From: Amoebophrya sp. A120
Taxonomy: Eukaryota > Protista > Dinoflagellata
Reading direction: 5' to 3'
Length of the DNA: 64,000 nt
NCBI GenBank assembly: GCA_905178155.1
Contig: CAJINV010000011.1
Coordinates: 227,029 to 291,028 of the forward strand
Below the pieces are notes generated by a model, which was given only the letters and a program-made list of their open reading frames with translations, was not told the origin of the DNA and ran no database searches. The position numbers were made by a program, and so were the translations under genes. Shown in pieces: positions 1 through 9,673 of this stretch (positions within the stretch are counted from its first letter, which is position 1; the number at the start of each line of letters is the position of its first letter).

Positions 1-3000
1 TCCACTCCACCTGGAGCGGATGCTGTATCTTAAGCCGAGCCTTCGGATTCATGCCCTCGTACTCCGGAATGAGAATCTCCAGTGCGTATTGTGTCGAGAC
101 TGAGGCGGCCCCTTCGCTGGTGCCATCTGCTTGTAAAGCTCTTGCAGCTGCAAGAGCTGCAGCATACCCGTGTGACGGCGGCGCATGATTTTCCTCATAC
201 GTCGGACGTGCACGAGAAGCATTTGTTCCACTCATCTTCGGGACGACGTGAAGATAAAGAAAGTTCTGTGCAGCTGCTGTGTCGACAGTATTAATGCCTT
301 CCTCGCATGATGTTTTCCCGGTCCTCCGATTTTTCCGTCGAATTATGTCGCCCGGCCCTTGTATGTCAGCGTATACACCCTGCACGCGATACCCTGAATC
401 CGTGAAGAGCTGGGAGAGTGACTCATTCTGCCGCATTGAGTCTTCGAAAAATAAACTTCTCCTCGCTGCATCCACTAAAGGAGAATGCTTTTGCTTCGAC
501 GACGAATGATCTGAGTGCGAAGACGACCGTTGATAAAGCCATTTCACGGGCCATGCGTTCTGGCTTCCAGCAGTCCCACTTCCGAGCGGGATCTGCACCA
601 TGTCTTTCCAGCATGAAGTAATCGCGTTTATCTTCTCTCCAGGGCACCTACTTTCGATAATCTTTCGCATGCTCTCGTAACTTTCCTGTCCCGCTGGCTG
701 GACGGTCGCCAGAGTTTGGCCCATCATCATACGCTCAGGAAAAGCCGATATAAGCAGCGCAGCAAGGCTCTCCCGGTTGACTTGAAATTGAAACGCTTCA
801 TTGTCGTTACAGCGAAATGGTGTCGACGCTCTGGGTGAGGGCATACGCCATCTTAAAACTCCTTCTTCGGACGCGCAGCCAGAGCCAGCCTCGGGAAAGA
901 GCGCGTGCCACAGTGCCGCTGCGGTGAGAGCTCCGCTTCTGCCGCTTTCGAGTACATTGAGGAAGTGCTGCAAGATTCTTTCTGCCTCGGGGGCAGCACA
1001 TAGCTTATTGGTCAGCAAAGCCCGTGCCACGCGTCGCATTCGCTTGAAACACAACAGAAAAAGATCAGGTTTAAGATGTCGCCGAGAACTACTATTTTTC
1101 ACTATTGAGGAGGATTCTCTTACATCATGACGTGAGTCAAAGCTTCTATACGTTCCTTGAGTTGAAGTTGTTTGTGAAGAACCATCGAGAATGGCGCCTC
1201 CGAAATACCTCTGCAATAGATCGCCATGAGTCCTCGCAGTGGTGGTGCCGCTGGGGGCAGACGGACGGTCCGCAGAAGACGCCACGGCAGCTTCGACGTT
1301 TTTTGTGCGGGCACGACCGTCCTTCCTGGGCTCGACAGCAGCCTGAGGCGGCAGAGACAGCGTCCAGAGGTGAAAGTCGTAAAGCGCATTGTGCAGGTCG
1401 CGAAGCAGTGGCTCAAAGTCACTCCACGCGTTTGAATTCGATGTAGTTCTTGCAGAATCTTCTTTATCTTCCCCACAGTTGGTAGCGCTATCCGAGGACA
1501 ACTCCGAGGACGACCGTGCTTTCACCTCTGAATTTGCACTCGGAGAAGACCAGCCGTCCGGAAAGCAGTCTTCGACACTTGCAAGCAGCAACCCCATCCC
1601 GACGTGCTTGTGTAAAATGGCGACGTGCAGGAAGCGAGCTCCTGAAAGATCCAACGGCAGCGTTGCGCAAAAACGTCCAAGCAGCGTTACCTGGTAATCA
1701 ACGTGAAAGTTTGTGGTCTTAGACGAATGTGTGGAGAACAGAGTGCTATTTATTTTCTCGGCTATAATCTTCTGCGATTTGTGATCCTCGGCAGTCATGA
1801 TACCCGCACTTTTATATCCAGGAGGAACTGGTTTCGTTTTCGGGCGGCTCCGCAAAGTGCACTCGCTATCGTCTTCTCCTACTCGTCCACCCACGACGCG
1901 CTGCAGCAGGCCAAGCGATTGGTAATACACTAGGGGACGCAAGAGGGCTTCCCGCAGTGGCGTGGTGAAGAGCTCCATGGCCACGCGGCAAAGTCTGGAG
2001 GGAAATCGCTGGTCGAGAACTTCATTTTTTCCCACCGGCGGCACAGGTCGGGACGTACCTGTAGATTTCTCGCCGCCTGCTTCGTGAGCCATCGGTTGAA
2101 CGGATTTTCGTGCCCGCGCCTGCGGAAAGTGCGACGGCCGCAGCATGCTCCGCGCACCAAGCTTTCGTCGCTTCACCGCAAAGACCCAATCATGCAGACT
2201 TTCCAGCCGGAGAAGAAACTTTGCCGAGCATAGTACTGCGTTACGCTGCTCCCGAGTGGAACAAGAACGCGCATCTTGCCTACTTGGCATCACCTCTCGG
2301 TAAATGCTCTCGGGGTACAGTCGATAGCAAACCCCAGAACAGGTTCTACCAGTGCGGCCGCGACGCTGCTCGGCCGAGGTTTGGCTTGCCCAGACGGTCC
2401 GCAACCCACGCAGCCCCGTGGACGGATCGAATTGCACCTGTCGTGAGAAACCGGCGTCAACTACGGCGGTCACGTGGGGAATTGTCAAAGAAGTTTCGGC
2501 GATATTCGTGGCAAGAAACACGTTCCTGCAATTCGGCTGCTTGACTACGAGTGAGAAAGGGACGCGAAGATCTCCCCAGCGAGTTGGTCTGCACCTGTTC
2601 TTCCTGCTACGCACCGATGGTGCACCTCTGTTGCGAACAGCCTTATCCGCAGTTCTTGCGCGGCGTGGTTCTGCTGCTGCTGTTATATCCGGCTCATGGT
2701 CGACGTGAGTAGATATTTTTGAACAAGTAGAACTGCAAATGATGTCGATGATAGCATCAACGTCGGCGTTGATGTGCACAAGAACCTCCGCATCTTCTAC
2801 ATTATCACCGTCTACTACTTTCCACGTGAAGCTGCGGCTGAATGTGCTAGGAAAATGAAGATCGTCGTTCTGACCAAAAATCGGACAACACATAAAATCA
2901 TTCAAAAGCAGTGACTTCTCCTCTTCGGTGCGCACCCGTAAATGTTGGATCAGAAAATCCTGTGACCACTCACGGTCAACGTGAAGATCGGAATGCAGTG

Positions 3001-6000
3001 TGAAAACCCGCGTTGAAAGCAGGCTTGGAACGGCGATGCTGTGCAACTGCAGGCGGCGTTGCAGTTCCGCGTTGACGTCCCGGATCTGTGCCAACCCCGG
3101 TAGAAAGACAAGCACATTGCCAGATGGAAGCGTCTTCTTCGTTAGCTCGGCGAGACAAATTCCGACGACGAGGTCAGCCAAGCGCGATCTCGTTGCGGAC
3201 AGCTGGCCTGCAAGAACGTCTTCCCAGTTTCTCTCGTTATTTGGCGCAGGTTGAAGGTCTCTCATGTGCGACCTGAAGTTAGTATCACGAGGAAGTTCAG
3301 GACCAACATAAAGATTTTCGCGCAGCTGCTCCTTCTGCTTCATCTTTTCCTGCCGATGAGTAAGCTTCGCCTCCGTTGCCCACTGCTTTACCGTTTGCAA
3401 ATATTCCACCACTGTCGGGCGGACGGCCTTTGGGAAAGATTGGACGGAATTCAAGTACAGGGTGGTGACGTTGTGGACCACCTGAGAAGTGTTAGAGCGG
3501 CTTACGACGATGCACTCCGTCGTCGGTATTGTTCTTAACTTCTCCACCATCACATGATCATCGTTGCTCGCAAAATACTTCCACAGAAGCCCTGCCTCCA
3601 TAGTCGCGCTGAGCAGGACGACACGCAAGGTTGGAATCTGGATCCGAAGGGTTTTCACACAAAGGAGCACCAGCTCCAAATCTTCCGAAGACTCGTGCAC
3701 CTCGTCGATCAGAAGGTGCGTGTAGGGGAATAGAAGTAGCTGCTGCTGCTTATCCCGGAAGACCATTTTTGCTCGTCCTGCCGATTTTGGTTTATTTCGC
3801 TTGATGCCGGATAATACTGAAGGAAGCTCAGCATCATGCTTCAAACCCGGTAAATACTTGTGCACGAATTCCTCAAGAAAAAACGCAGTTGTGGTCAGAC
3901 AGATTTTCGTCTCGCCGGCTGACCATTTCGATTCATCCGCGATGCGGTATCCGACGGTGCGACCGAAAATAGATTCTACTGGCACTCCTCTCACTACCGC
4001 AAGGTCTTTCGCAATCTGCGAACAGCACTCGCGCACCGCGAGGCGGCGGGGCTGCAGAACCAGAATCCGGGCTTCTTCCGGGCGGTGCAGAAAGGTGTAC
4101 AGAGGAACGCGTGTCGTTTTTCCACATCCGGTGGTGCCAACCACGAAGAGAACCGGCAGTGGAGATTGCAAGAACCGGTTTTGGGACGTCCGTGTGCTGT
4201 GCTGGCCTGCTGCAGAAGCACACGAGGACCTATCTTCTTGTCTTCCGGTCGAAGTGTTCATCCACAGTTTCCGGACGATTTCTTCCCGGTGCACCGAAAT
4301 TGGAAGTGGTAGGAGAGGATAATCAGGATCTTCAGGCGGTACTTCGTCTAGGAGCTTTTGCTCATTGCCATTTTGATTTATTTCTGTCGAAAGACATTCA
4401 TGAGTTGCAACTGCATCAGGATCAGCGCTATCTTCTTTACCATCTACACGTACACCACTCAACACATCGTCGTACCCTGTCCTTGTAGCAAGGCTCTTTT
4501 GCTGGTCCTTCGGTTCAGACCCTGAGGCGACCTCGTCGCACTGGTCTCCTGCTGCTGAGTGCCCAAGAAGAACTCCGGAAGTACTTCTCGACGCGTACGT
4601 ACTTCTACAGGGAAAAAGCTTCGAATCGATCGCCGTCGGTGCACCAGCTGTACCTGCCGCGCAATTTGGATTTGCATTTGCCCTCATCGTCACCGTGGAA
4701 CCAAACATCCGTAAGGCTTTGCGAACCTCTCGTCGTCCCGTGTGCCGCACCTGCCGCACTTCCGAGTCACAAGGAACGCTTTTCGGAATTGGTTCCCGGG
4801 CGTCGGCAAACTGGCATGATTTTGGGGACTCGGGTGCTGCCATTTCTAGCGCAAACTGCCGGAAGCGCTGCTGTGGATCGTCGTTGATCGTACCGTCCAG
4901 GCCTTCTGCTTCTGGCTCGACAGTCATGGTGGTGTCACTTGTTTTTTTCGAATGAGTTATCGCATTGGAACCTGAACGGCAGAGTTTTGATGTCGATGCG
5001 CGATCAGTACAAAAATGTAGTGCATCTGAAGGAGTAAAAATCTTCGCTGGCTTTTTATTCCCCGAAAGTTCAGCATCAGCTTCTTCCACAACGTGCCGAT
5101 GGACCCACAGTCCGTAGTCTCGGGCAGTTCGCGCCGCGAATTCTCGGGGGGTCTCCTCGTACTCATCTCCTCCATGCGCCATTTCGCACTCCTGGCGAGG
5201 AGGGAGCGTCTGTGCGCAGGCGAACGCATCAACAGTCCGCGCTGCGCAGCCTCCGTCCGTTGCAGCAGGCTGTCTCCGGACGACGAGATTGGTACCTGTC
5301 GGGTCCCCGATCTGCCGAAAGACCAGAGGGTGGCGTGTGCTCGTCGTGGCCTTGAACAAATCACCTGCGGAGCCGTCCGTGAACTTGAAGGCACTAGTAC
5401 TACACGAAGATGGTGCTGTAGTTGTACCAGCAGTCCTCGCCTGGTCAGAGTTGGTAGTTACCTTTCGTACCGCAGGAGCTGCTCCACCGACTGCCGCGTT
5501 TGTCTGCCCTCCGAGCTGCCAAAAAACCCTCTCCACGCGGTCGGCGGGGAGACTGCGCAGGATAGCCGTCGCCAAGGGTTCGAGGAATCGCACGCGGTCG
5601 ACGAGGTGCCGGAGAAGCCGGGGGGCGACGGCCGAATCTGCCTCTGCCAGAACGTGTCGCGACCGGTGATTTTCGATGCAGGGAAACATCGAGCTGGGAC
5701 TACTTCCCACCTGGGCCAGTTCGTAGCCTGGACGATGCTTGAACAGAGGACCCAACCACTGGTCCACAAGTGTCCCGATGGAAATTTGCGACTCTCGATG
5801 TGGTTGGACAATGCCGCAAGAACTCCTAGTTCTACAAGGTGGACCTGGGGTGAGTGATTCGAGTTTTTTGCTCAGATCAAGATCGAAATTCACTTTGAAC
5901 AACTTGCTGCTTCCTGACGATATCAAGTTCTGGCCACTTGTACTGGTCATCTGCCCAGGTCGTGATGGTAATATGCGAAGTTGCTGTAGATCGCGCCTCA

Positions 6001-8773
6001 ACAGGGTCGAGAGATCGATCCACCGGGGCAAGAAAAGCTGCTCGCGGCCGAAAACTGCTGACACCGCGGTCATCTGCCGGCAAAGGTCGAAGGTCAGCAC
6101 AGTGAGCTCCGGATTCACGTCACAAAGGTAGCTCTGCACGCACGACCGCAGGCGGTCTAGCATCGCGTCGAGGCCTTTTGGATCTGAGCACTCTCCGTCT
6201 GGATCGAGATATGGGGCTCGCAGCAGTAAGAAGTCGAAGATGAAGAAGTGACCGCCAACGCCGATCGTCAAGTAGCGGCAGGCGTGATTACAGACAAAGT
6301 GTTGACCTGTCAACAGTGGCACGAAGTCAAGCGCGAGAAATGCGCTTTCTTTGATTACGCTTCGCAGCCGAGCATCGCAGCTGTGTAAAACCTCCATCGA
6401 GGAGATCACCTGCATCAGCTTCTTCGGGACATTGAAGTGCAGCTCACGGATTCGGCCCGGCGCACATTGGAAAAGAGCAGCCCGAGGGTGGTCCATGCCG
6501 TTGCCAGTCGGAACAAGAGATTCCCGCCACTGGGTCTGGAGGGACTGTCGAAGAACAGAGGCGTTTTCTGGCAGCTGCAGTCCAAGAGGCATCGGTCGCG
6601 GGCGTTGAAGCTGAAGGCGAATCCATTTTGCATACACTAGCGAAGACTGACGTAGAAGACCAAGCTGGTGCAACTCCGTGTCGAGAAAGGGTTCGGCTCC
6701 CGGGTTGTCAAAACGTTGCGGCATCTTTTCGCAAAAATTTCCATGCCTTATTAGCATGTTACCAAAAACGTCCCTGTTTGCAGCGAAAACCTTCTCCTCG
6801 AGAAAGACCAGCATTGCAGCCTTCCAATGCTTTTCTTGAATTTGGAAAATAGGAAGACCGGCGTAAACCGAAGAAGCTGGGCACCGTATTGGAAGGAATG
6901 TATCGGCAGTTATGTCCCAACCCAAATTGTCGTCTTCGCGTTGATGTTCGGTCTGATTCATATTCAGTTCTCGCCCATATACATCCTGGGTCAGGTGCGC
7001 TAGCATTTCGTGGTATTGCAAGTGCTGCTGGTGGCTGCAAGAGCGACTCAGGTTACCACGACCCGAGCCCACACTCAACGGATCCTCGTACAAAAACATG
7101 CTGTGCTCGCCTCGATCTACGGCCATGTACTCCCAAACGCGTCGGTACCGAGAATAAGCACTCCCACCGTCTTCCCCCTCAAGCATAGGGTCACTGCACC
7201 CTGGATCCTGGCCTGCGGCGATGCGCGCAAACGTCGCGAAGCTCGGACACTGGCCCACCGACCCCGATAGCGCACGCAGTGTTCGCATTTTGATCTCGAA
7301 GCAGAATCGTTCGGAAGCTTTCGCGTCCACCTGTGCCTGAGTCAGCCAGAATCTGTAGGTTTGCCAGCCTTTGTGTACCCCCTTTCGCCGACGAAAAACG
7401 TACCTTTCAAACAACTCCAGCACATAGTCATCTGTCACGAGCCGCCGTTCTCGCCCTCGTTCGGGATGACGTTCTTTCGAAGCTGTGGCACAGTCGCTAC
7501 TACACTGAGGCCGCTCGTCGCCCTCGATGTGCGGTGAGAAAAACATGGCGAGCAGACCTTCCAGGATGATTTTGCGTACCTCCGCAGGCAAGCCGAAGAT
7601 GTTGATGTCCTCGTCGCGGCGCGCCCCAAGCTCTTGCAGCTCGCCGGACTGCGTAGCAGAAGAACTGAGACAAGCTCTCCCGGGAAATCGGGCTTGACGC
7701 GGCGGAATGTACTTGTATACTGGTCGCAAGACGCGGTGGTAGAGCACCGCGGGCTCCAGGGGAAAGTACGTCGCCTCCTCGGAAAGGGGTTGAATGTCGT
7801 TTTCATCGAGATATCGCTGCTCGAAGTCGGTGTCCTTCCAAGCGAACAGCTTTTTATTTGTTGCGAGATTCAGGTTCTGCAGAAACTTCAGGAGCTGACT
7901 GTAAGCAATCCGAAAATTTTGTCGCTGCGAGGCTGGTTCACGAAGCGTCACGGATGACATGACTGCTGCAGGTGACTGAACCGCTGCGTACCGCTGGTTT
8001 GTTTGCTCAATTGCTCTCGCGACGAGATACATTGCCAATTCGTCGTCCTCAGAAATTATTTTCGCAAGCCGCGGCCACGCCTCCAACAGGCCCCTCCCGT
8101 GTCCTGTTTCGCACCCGGACAGACTCAGACGCTGATCGCGCAGCCCGAACCAGCACCGGAAGTCAACCGAAGTCAAGAGAGACGCTGCAAAGTAGAAATG
8201 CCTCTCTGTTTCTTGCTCCATGTCACAACACATGGAATCCGCGGACGTGTCAAAAAACTGGTCCAGGATCCCCGGCTCCAAGCGCTCCAGCAAGCCCACA
8301 CCATACTCAATCACAGAGTACGGGAGAACCCATTGACCAAGTTCATCGAAGGATAAAATACCGAAAAAGAGCGAACGGAGACGTACTACTTGAACTTGTT
8401 TTTCTTCTCGGCTGTCGTGGTCCCGCGTGGCGGAGAACAGTTCTCTGCTGGCAGCAAGTGCGCTGTCGCACCATTTGCGCCGCTCGGTCAAACTCCCTGC
8501 AACTCCATGTCTCTCCCCTGCGAGGAAGGTTGGCTGGCAGGAGAGATCGTCTAATGTGAGCACCGATGTCCAAAAAAACAAAAAGTCGTCCCCTCTGTCG
8601 CCAAGCGGCCCGCTATTCTCACTGCTGACGGACGGTCGCGGGGACTCCGTTGGCGTTGCTGCAGCACTCTCCGAGCGCAGCAAATGCTTCTGCACAGTAC
8701 CTTCCTCCATCTGCCGCTCCGCGTGGGCTGCTTTGGCCGCTGGCGCTCCACCGCTGAGGTTGGGCTCGCTCAT
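1..8773 (-). CDS. Large DExH-box (DEAH/RHA, TDRD9/DExH8-like) RNA helicase with N-terminal degenerate 3'-5' exonuclease-like domain; 3'-partial
   Basis: Frame starts at ATG 8773 (MSEPNLSGG). No stop was seen in sampled segments and the ORF track lists no terminated ORF in this frame, so it runs off the window. Motifs: GTTGCGKTT (~4140), QPRRLAV, LIDEVHE (~3706), LSAT, LATNIAETSLTIP (~2500), QRRGRTGRTCSGVCYRLY (~2360), HA2-like TLLGRFCATLPLD (~1680). Confidence 0.9.
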   Translation of the reverse strand, partial: MSEPNLSGGAPAAKAAHAERQMEEGTVQKHLLRSESAAATPTESPRPSVSSENSGPLGDRGDDFLFFWTSVLTLDDLSCQPTFLAGERHGVAGSLTERRKWCDSALAASRELFSATRDHDSREEKQVQVVRLRSLFFGILSFDELGQWVLPYSVIEYGVGLLERLEPGILDQFFDTSADSMCCDMEQETERHFYFAASLLTSVDFRCWFGLRDQRLSLSGCETGHGRGLLEAWPRLAKIISEDDELAMYLVARAIEQTNQRYAAVQSPAAVMSSVTLREPASQRQNFRIAYSQLLKFLQNLNLATNKKLFAWKDTDFEQRYLDENDIQPLSEEATYFPLEPAVLYHRVLRPVYKYIPPRQARFPGRACLSSSATQSGELQELGARRDEDINIFGLPAEVRKIILEGLLAMFFSPHIEGDERPQCSSDCATASKERHPERGRERRLVTDDYVLELFERYVFRRRKGVHKGWQTYRFWLTQAQVDAKASERFCFEIKMRTLRALSGSVGQCPSFATFARIAAGQDPGCSDPMLEGEDGGSAYSRYRRVWEYMAVDRGEHSMFLYEDPLSVGSGRGNLSRSCSHQQHLQYHEMLAHLTQDVYGRELNMNQTEHQREDDNLGWDITADTFLPIRCPASSVYAGLPIFQIQEKHWKAAMLVFLEEKVFAANRDVFGNMLIRHGNFCEKMPQRFDNPGAEPFLDTELHQLGLLRQSSLVYAKWIRLQLQRPRPMPLGLQLPENASVLRQSLQTQWRESLVPTGNGMDHPRAALFQCAPGRIRELHFNVPKKLMQVISSMEVLHSCDARLRSVIKESAFLALDFVPLLTGQHFVCNHACRYLTIGVGGHFFIFDFLLLRAPYLDPDGECSDPKGLDAMLDRLRSCVQSYLCDVNPELTVLTFDLCRQMTAVSAVFGREQLFLPRWIDLSTLLRRDLQQLRILPSRPGQMTSTSGQNLISSGSSKLFKVNFDLDLSKKLESLTPGPPCRTRSSCGIVQPHRESQISIGTLVDQWLGPLFKHRPGYELAQVGSSPSSMFPCIENHRSRHVLAEADSAVAPRLLRHLVDRVRFLEPLATAILRSLPADRVERVFWQLGGQTNAAVGGAAPAVRKVTTNSDQARTAGTTTAPSSCSTSAFKFTDGSAGDLFKATTSTRHPLVFRQIGDPTGTNLVVRRQPAATDGGCAARTVDAFACAQTLPPRQECEMAHGGDEYEETPREFAARTARDYGLWVHRHVVEEADAELSGNKKPAKIFTPSDALHFCTDRASTSKLCRSGSNAITHSKKTSDTTMTVEPEAEGLDGTINDDPQQRFRQFALEMAAPESPKSCQFADAREPIPKSVPCDSEVRQVRHTGRREVRKALRMFGSTVTMRANANPNCAAGTAGAPTAIDSKLFPCRSTYASRSTSGVLLGHSAAGDQCDEVASGSEPKDQQKSLATRTGYDDVLSGVRVDGKEDSADPDAVATHECLSTEINQNGNEQKLLDEVPPEDPDYPLLPLPISVHREEIVRKLWMNTSTGRQEDRSSCASAAGQHSTRTSQNRFLQSPLPVLFVVGTTGCGKTTRVPLYTFLHRPEEARILVLQPRRLAVRECCSQIAKDLAVVRGVPVESIFGRTVGYRIADESKWSAGETKICLTTTAFFLEEFVHKYLPGLKHDAELPSVLSGIKRNKPKSAGRAKMVFRDKQQQLLLFPYTHLLIDEVHESSEDLELVLLCVKTLRIQIPTLRVVLLSATMEAGLLWKYFASNDDHVMVEKLRTIPTTECIVVSRSNTSQVVHNVTTLYLNSVQSFPKAVRPTVVEYLQTVKQWATEAKLTHRQEKMKQKEQLRENLYVGPELPRDTNFRSHMRDLQPAPNNERNWEDVLAGQLSATRSRLADLVVGICLAELTKKTLPSGNVLVFLPGLAQIRDVNAELQRRLQLHSIAVPSLLSTRVFTLHSDLHVDREWSQDFLIQHLRVRTEEEKSLLLNDFMCCPIFGQNDDLHFPSTFSRSFTWKVVDGDNVEDAEVLVHINADVDAIIDIICSSTCSKISTHVDHEPDITAAAEPRRARTADKAVRNRGAPSVRSRKNRCRPTRWGDLRVPFSLVVKQPNCRNVFLATNIAETSLTIPHVTAVVDAGFSRQVQFDPSTGLRGLRTVWASQTSAEQRRGRTGRTCSGVCYRLYPESIYREVMPSRQDARSCSTREQRNAVLCSAKFLLRLESLHDWVFAVKRRKLGARSMLRPSHFPQARARKSVQPMAHEAGGEKSTGTSRPVPPVGKNEVLDQRFPSRLCRVAMELFTTPLREALLRPLVYYQSLGLLQRVVGGRVGEDDSECTLRSRPKTKPVPPGYKSAGIMTAEDHKSQKIIAEKINSTLFSTHSSKTTNFHVDYQVTLLGRFCATLPLDLSGARFLHVAILHKHVGMGLLLASVEDCFPDGWSSPSANSEVKARSSSELSSDSATNCGEDKEDSARTTSNSNAWSDFEPLLRDLHNALYDFHLWTLSLPPQAAVEPRKDGRARTKNVEAAVASSADRPSAPSGTTTARTHGDLLQRYFGGAILDGSSQTTSTQGTYRSFDSRHDVRESSSIVKNSSSRRHLKPDLFLLCFKRMRRVARALLTNKLCAAPEAERILQHFLNVLESGRSGALTAAALWHALFPEAGSGCASEEGVLRWRMPSPRASTPFRCNDNEAFQFQVNRESLAALLISAFPERMMMGQTLATVQPAGQESYESMRKIIESRCPGEKINAITSCWKDMVQIPLGSGTAGSQNAWPVKWLYQRSSSHSDHSSSKQKHSPLVDAARRSLFFEDSMRQNESLSQLFTDSGYRVQGVYADIQGPGDIIRRKNRRTGKTSCEEGINTVDTAAAQNFLYLHVVPKMSGTNASRARPTYEENHAPPSHGYAAALAAARALQADGTSEGAASVSTQYALEILIPEYEGMNPKARLKIQHPLQVEW

Positions 8774-9673
8774 ACTGCTGTTGAGGAGGCCAACGTCGTC
8801 AAGCGATCTTCATGATGCTCCTCTCTATCCGGCCAGAAGGGCAAAGTTCCGTGTGCGCGACGGTGCACGGCTCCTTGCTTGGCTTTGATCGAAAGCGAAG
8901 CCATGCCTGATGCTGCTCAACCATCTTGTCACAAAAAACAACCACTTCTCCTGTTCAAAACTTCTTTTTATTTTGTTTCCTTCGGGTCAAAAAAAAAGAG
9001 CATTTAGTCCAGTATAGGCATTATGAAAAGCTTTTCCTTCTCACTACAACTTTGACAAACACTCATTCGTATTCCTCACAGCTTATTGTTATGCGTACTT
9101 CCTCGACCTCGTCCAGGCCTGTGATCGTGTTGTTGATTAGCGAAATTGTATCGTCGAAGATGAGCTTCGCATATGCTACAACTTCGAGATGACATTATGC
9201 GCACAAAAAAAACAGTGGCCTTGTCACTTGTCAATTCAAATAATCCTGCTGCTGTATAGTTCGTGTACAAAACTCAAACTCGGATCTTGTTCCATGTTCT
9301 TTGCAGGTATGCAAAAAAAGACGCGCTGCAACAAAGAATTCGTATAAGGAGATGAGGATCACACCAACATAGCCGAAGCCGAAGGCAAAGCTGCGATTGT
9401 CATACCTGCAGACCGAGGATCCGGTTCGAAATGGGGTGTAGGAGACCTTTTTCATGAAGTGGAGACGATTTTTTGTGTTTGAGGCTCAATTTGCTCGCAC
9501 GACAATAGGATCGAAAAAACGATATTATGATCGCCCGACCTGTGTATAGACATTTTGTACGAGCAACGACACTCAGTTGTGAGTTGTGCCTAGTTCTTCA
9601 CATATCGCTTTTGTTCTTGAATCTATGACGCTTCATCTAGCTTGTAGTTTAGTGGATCGAATTCAAAATTGCT

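Noticed and set aside
49-8888. Many short ORFs listed in the track over 1-8.9 kb
   Set aside because: They are antisense or off-frame shadows of the single large helicase ORF.
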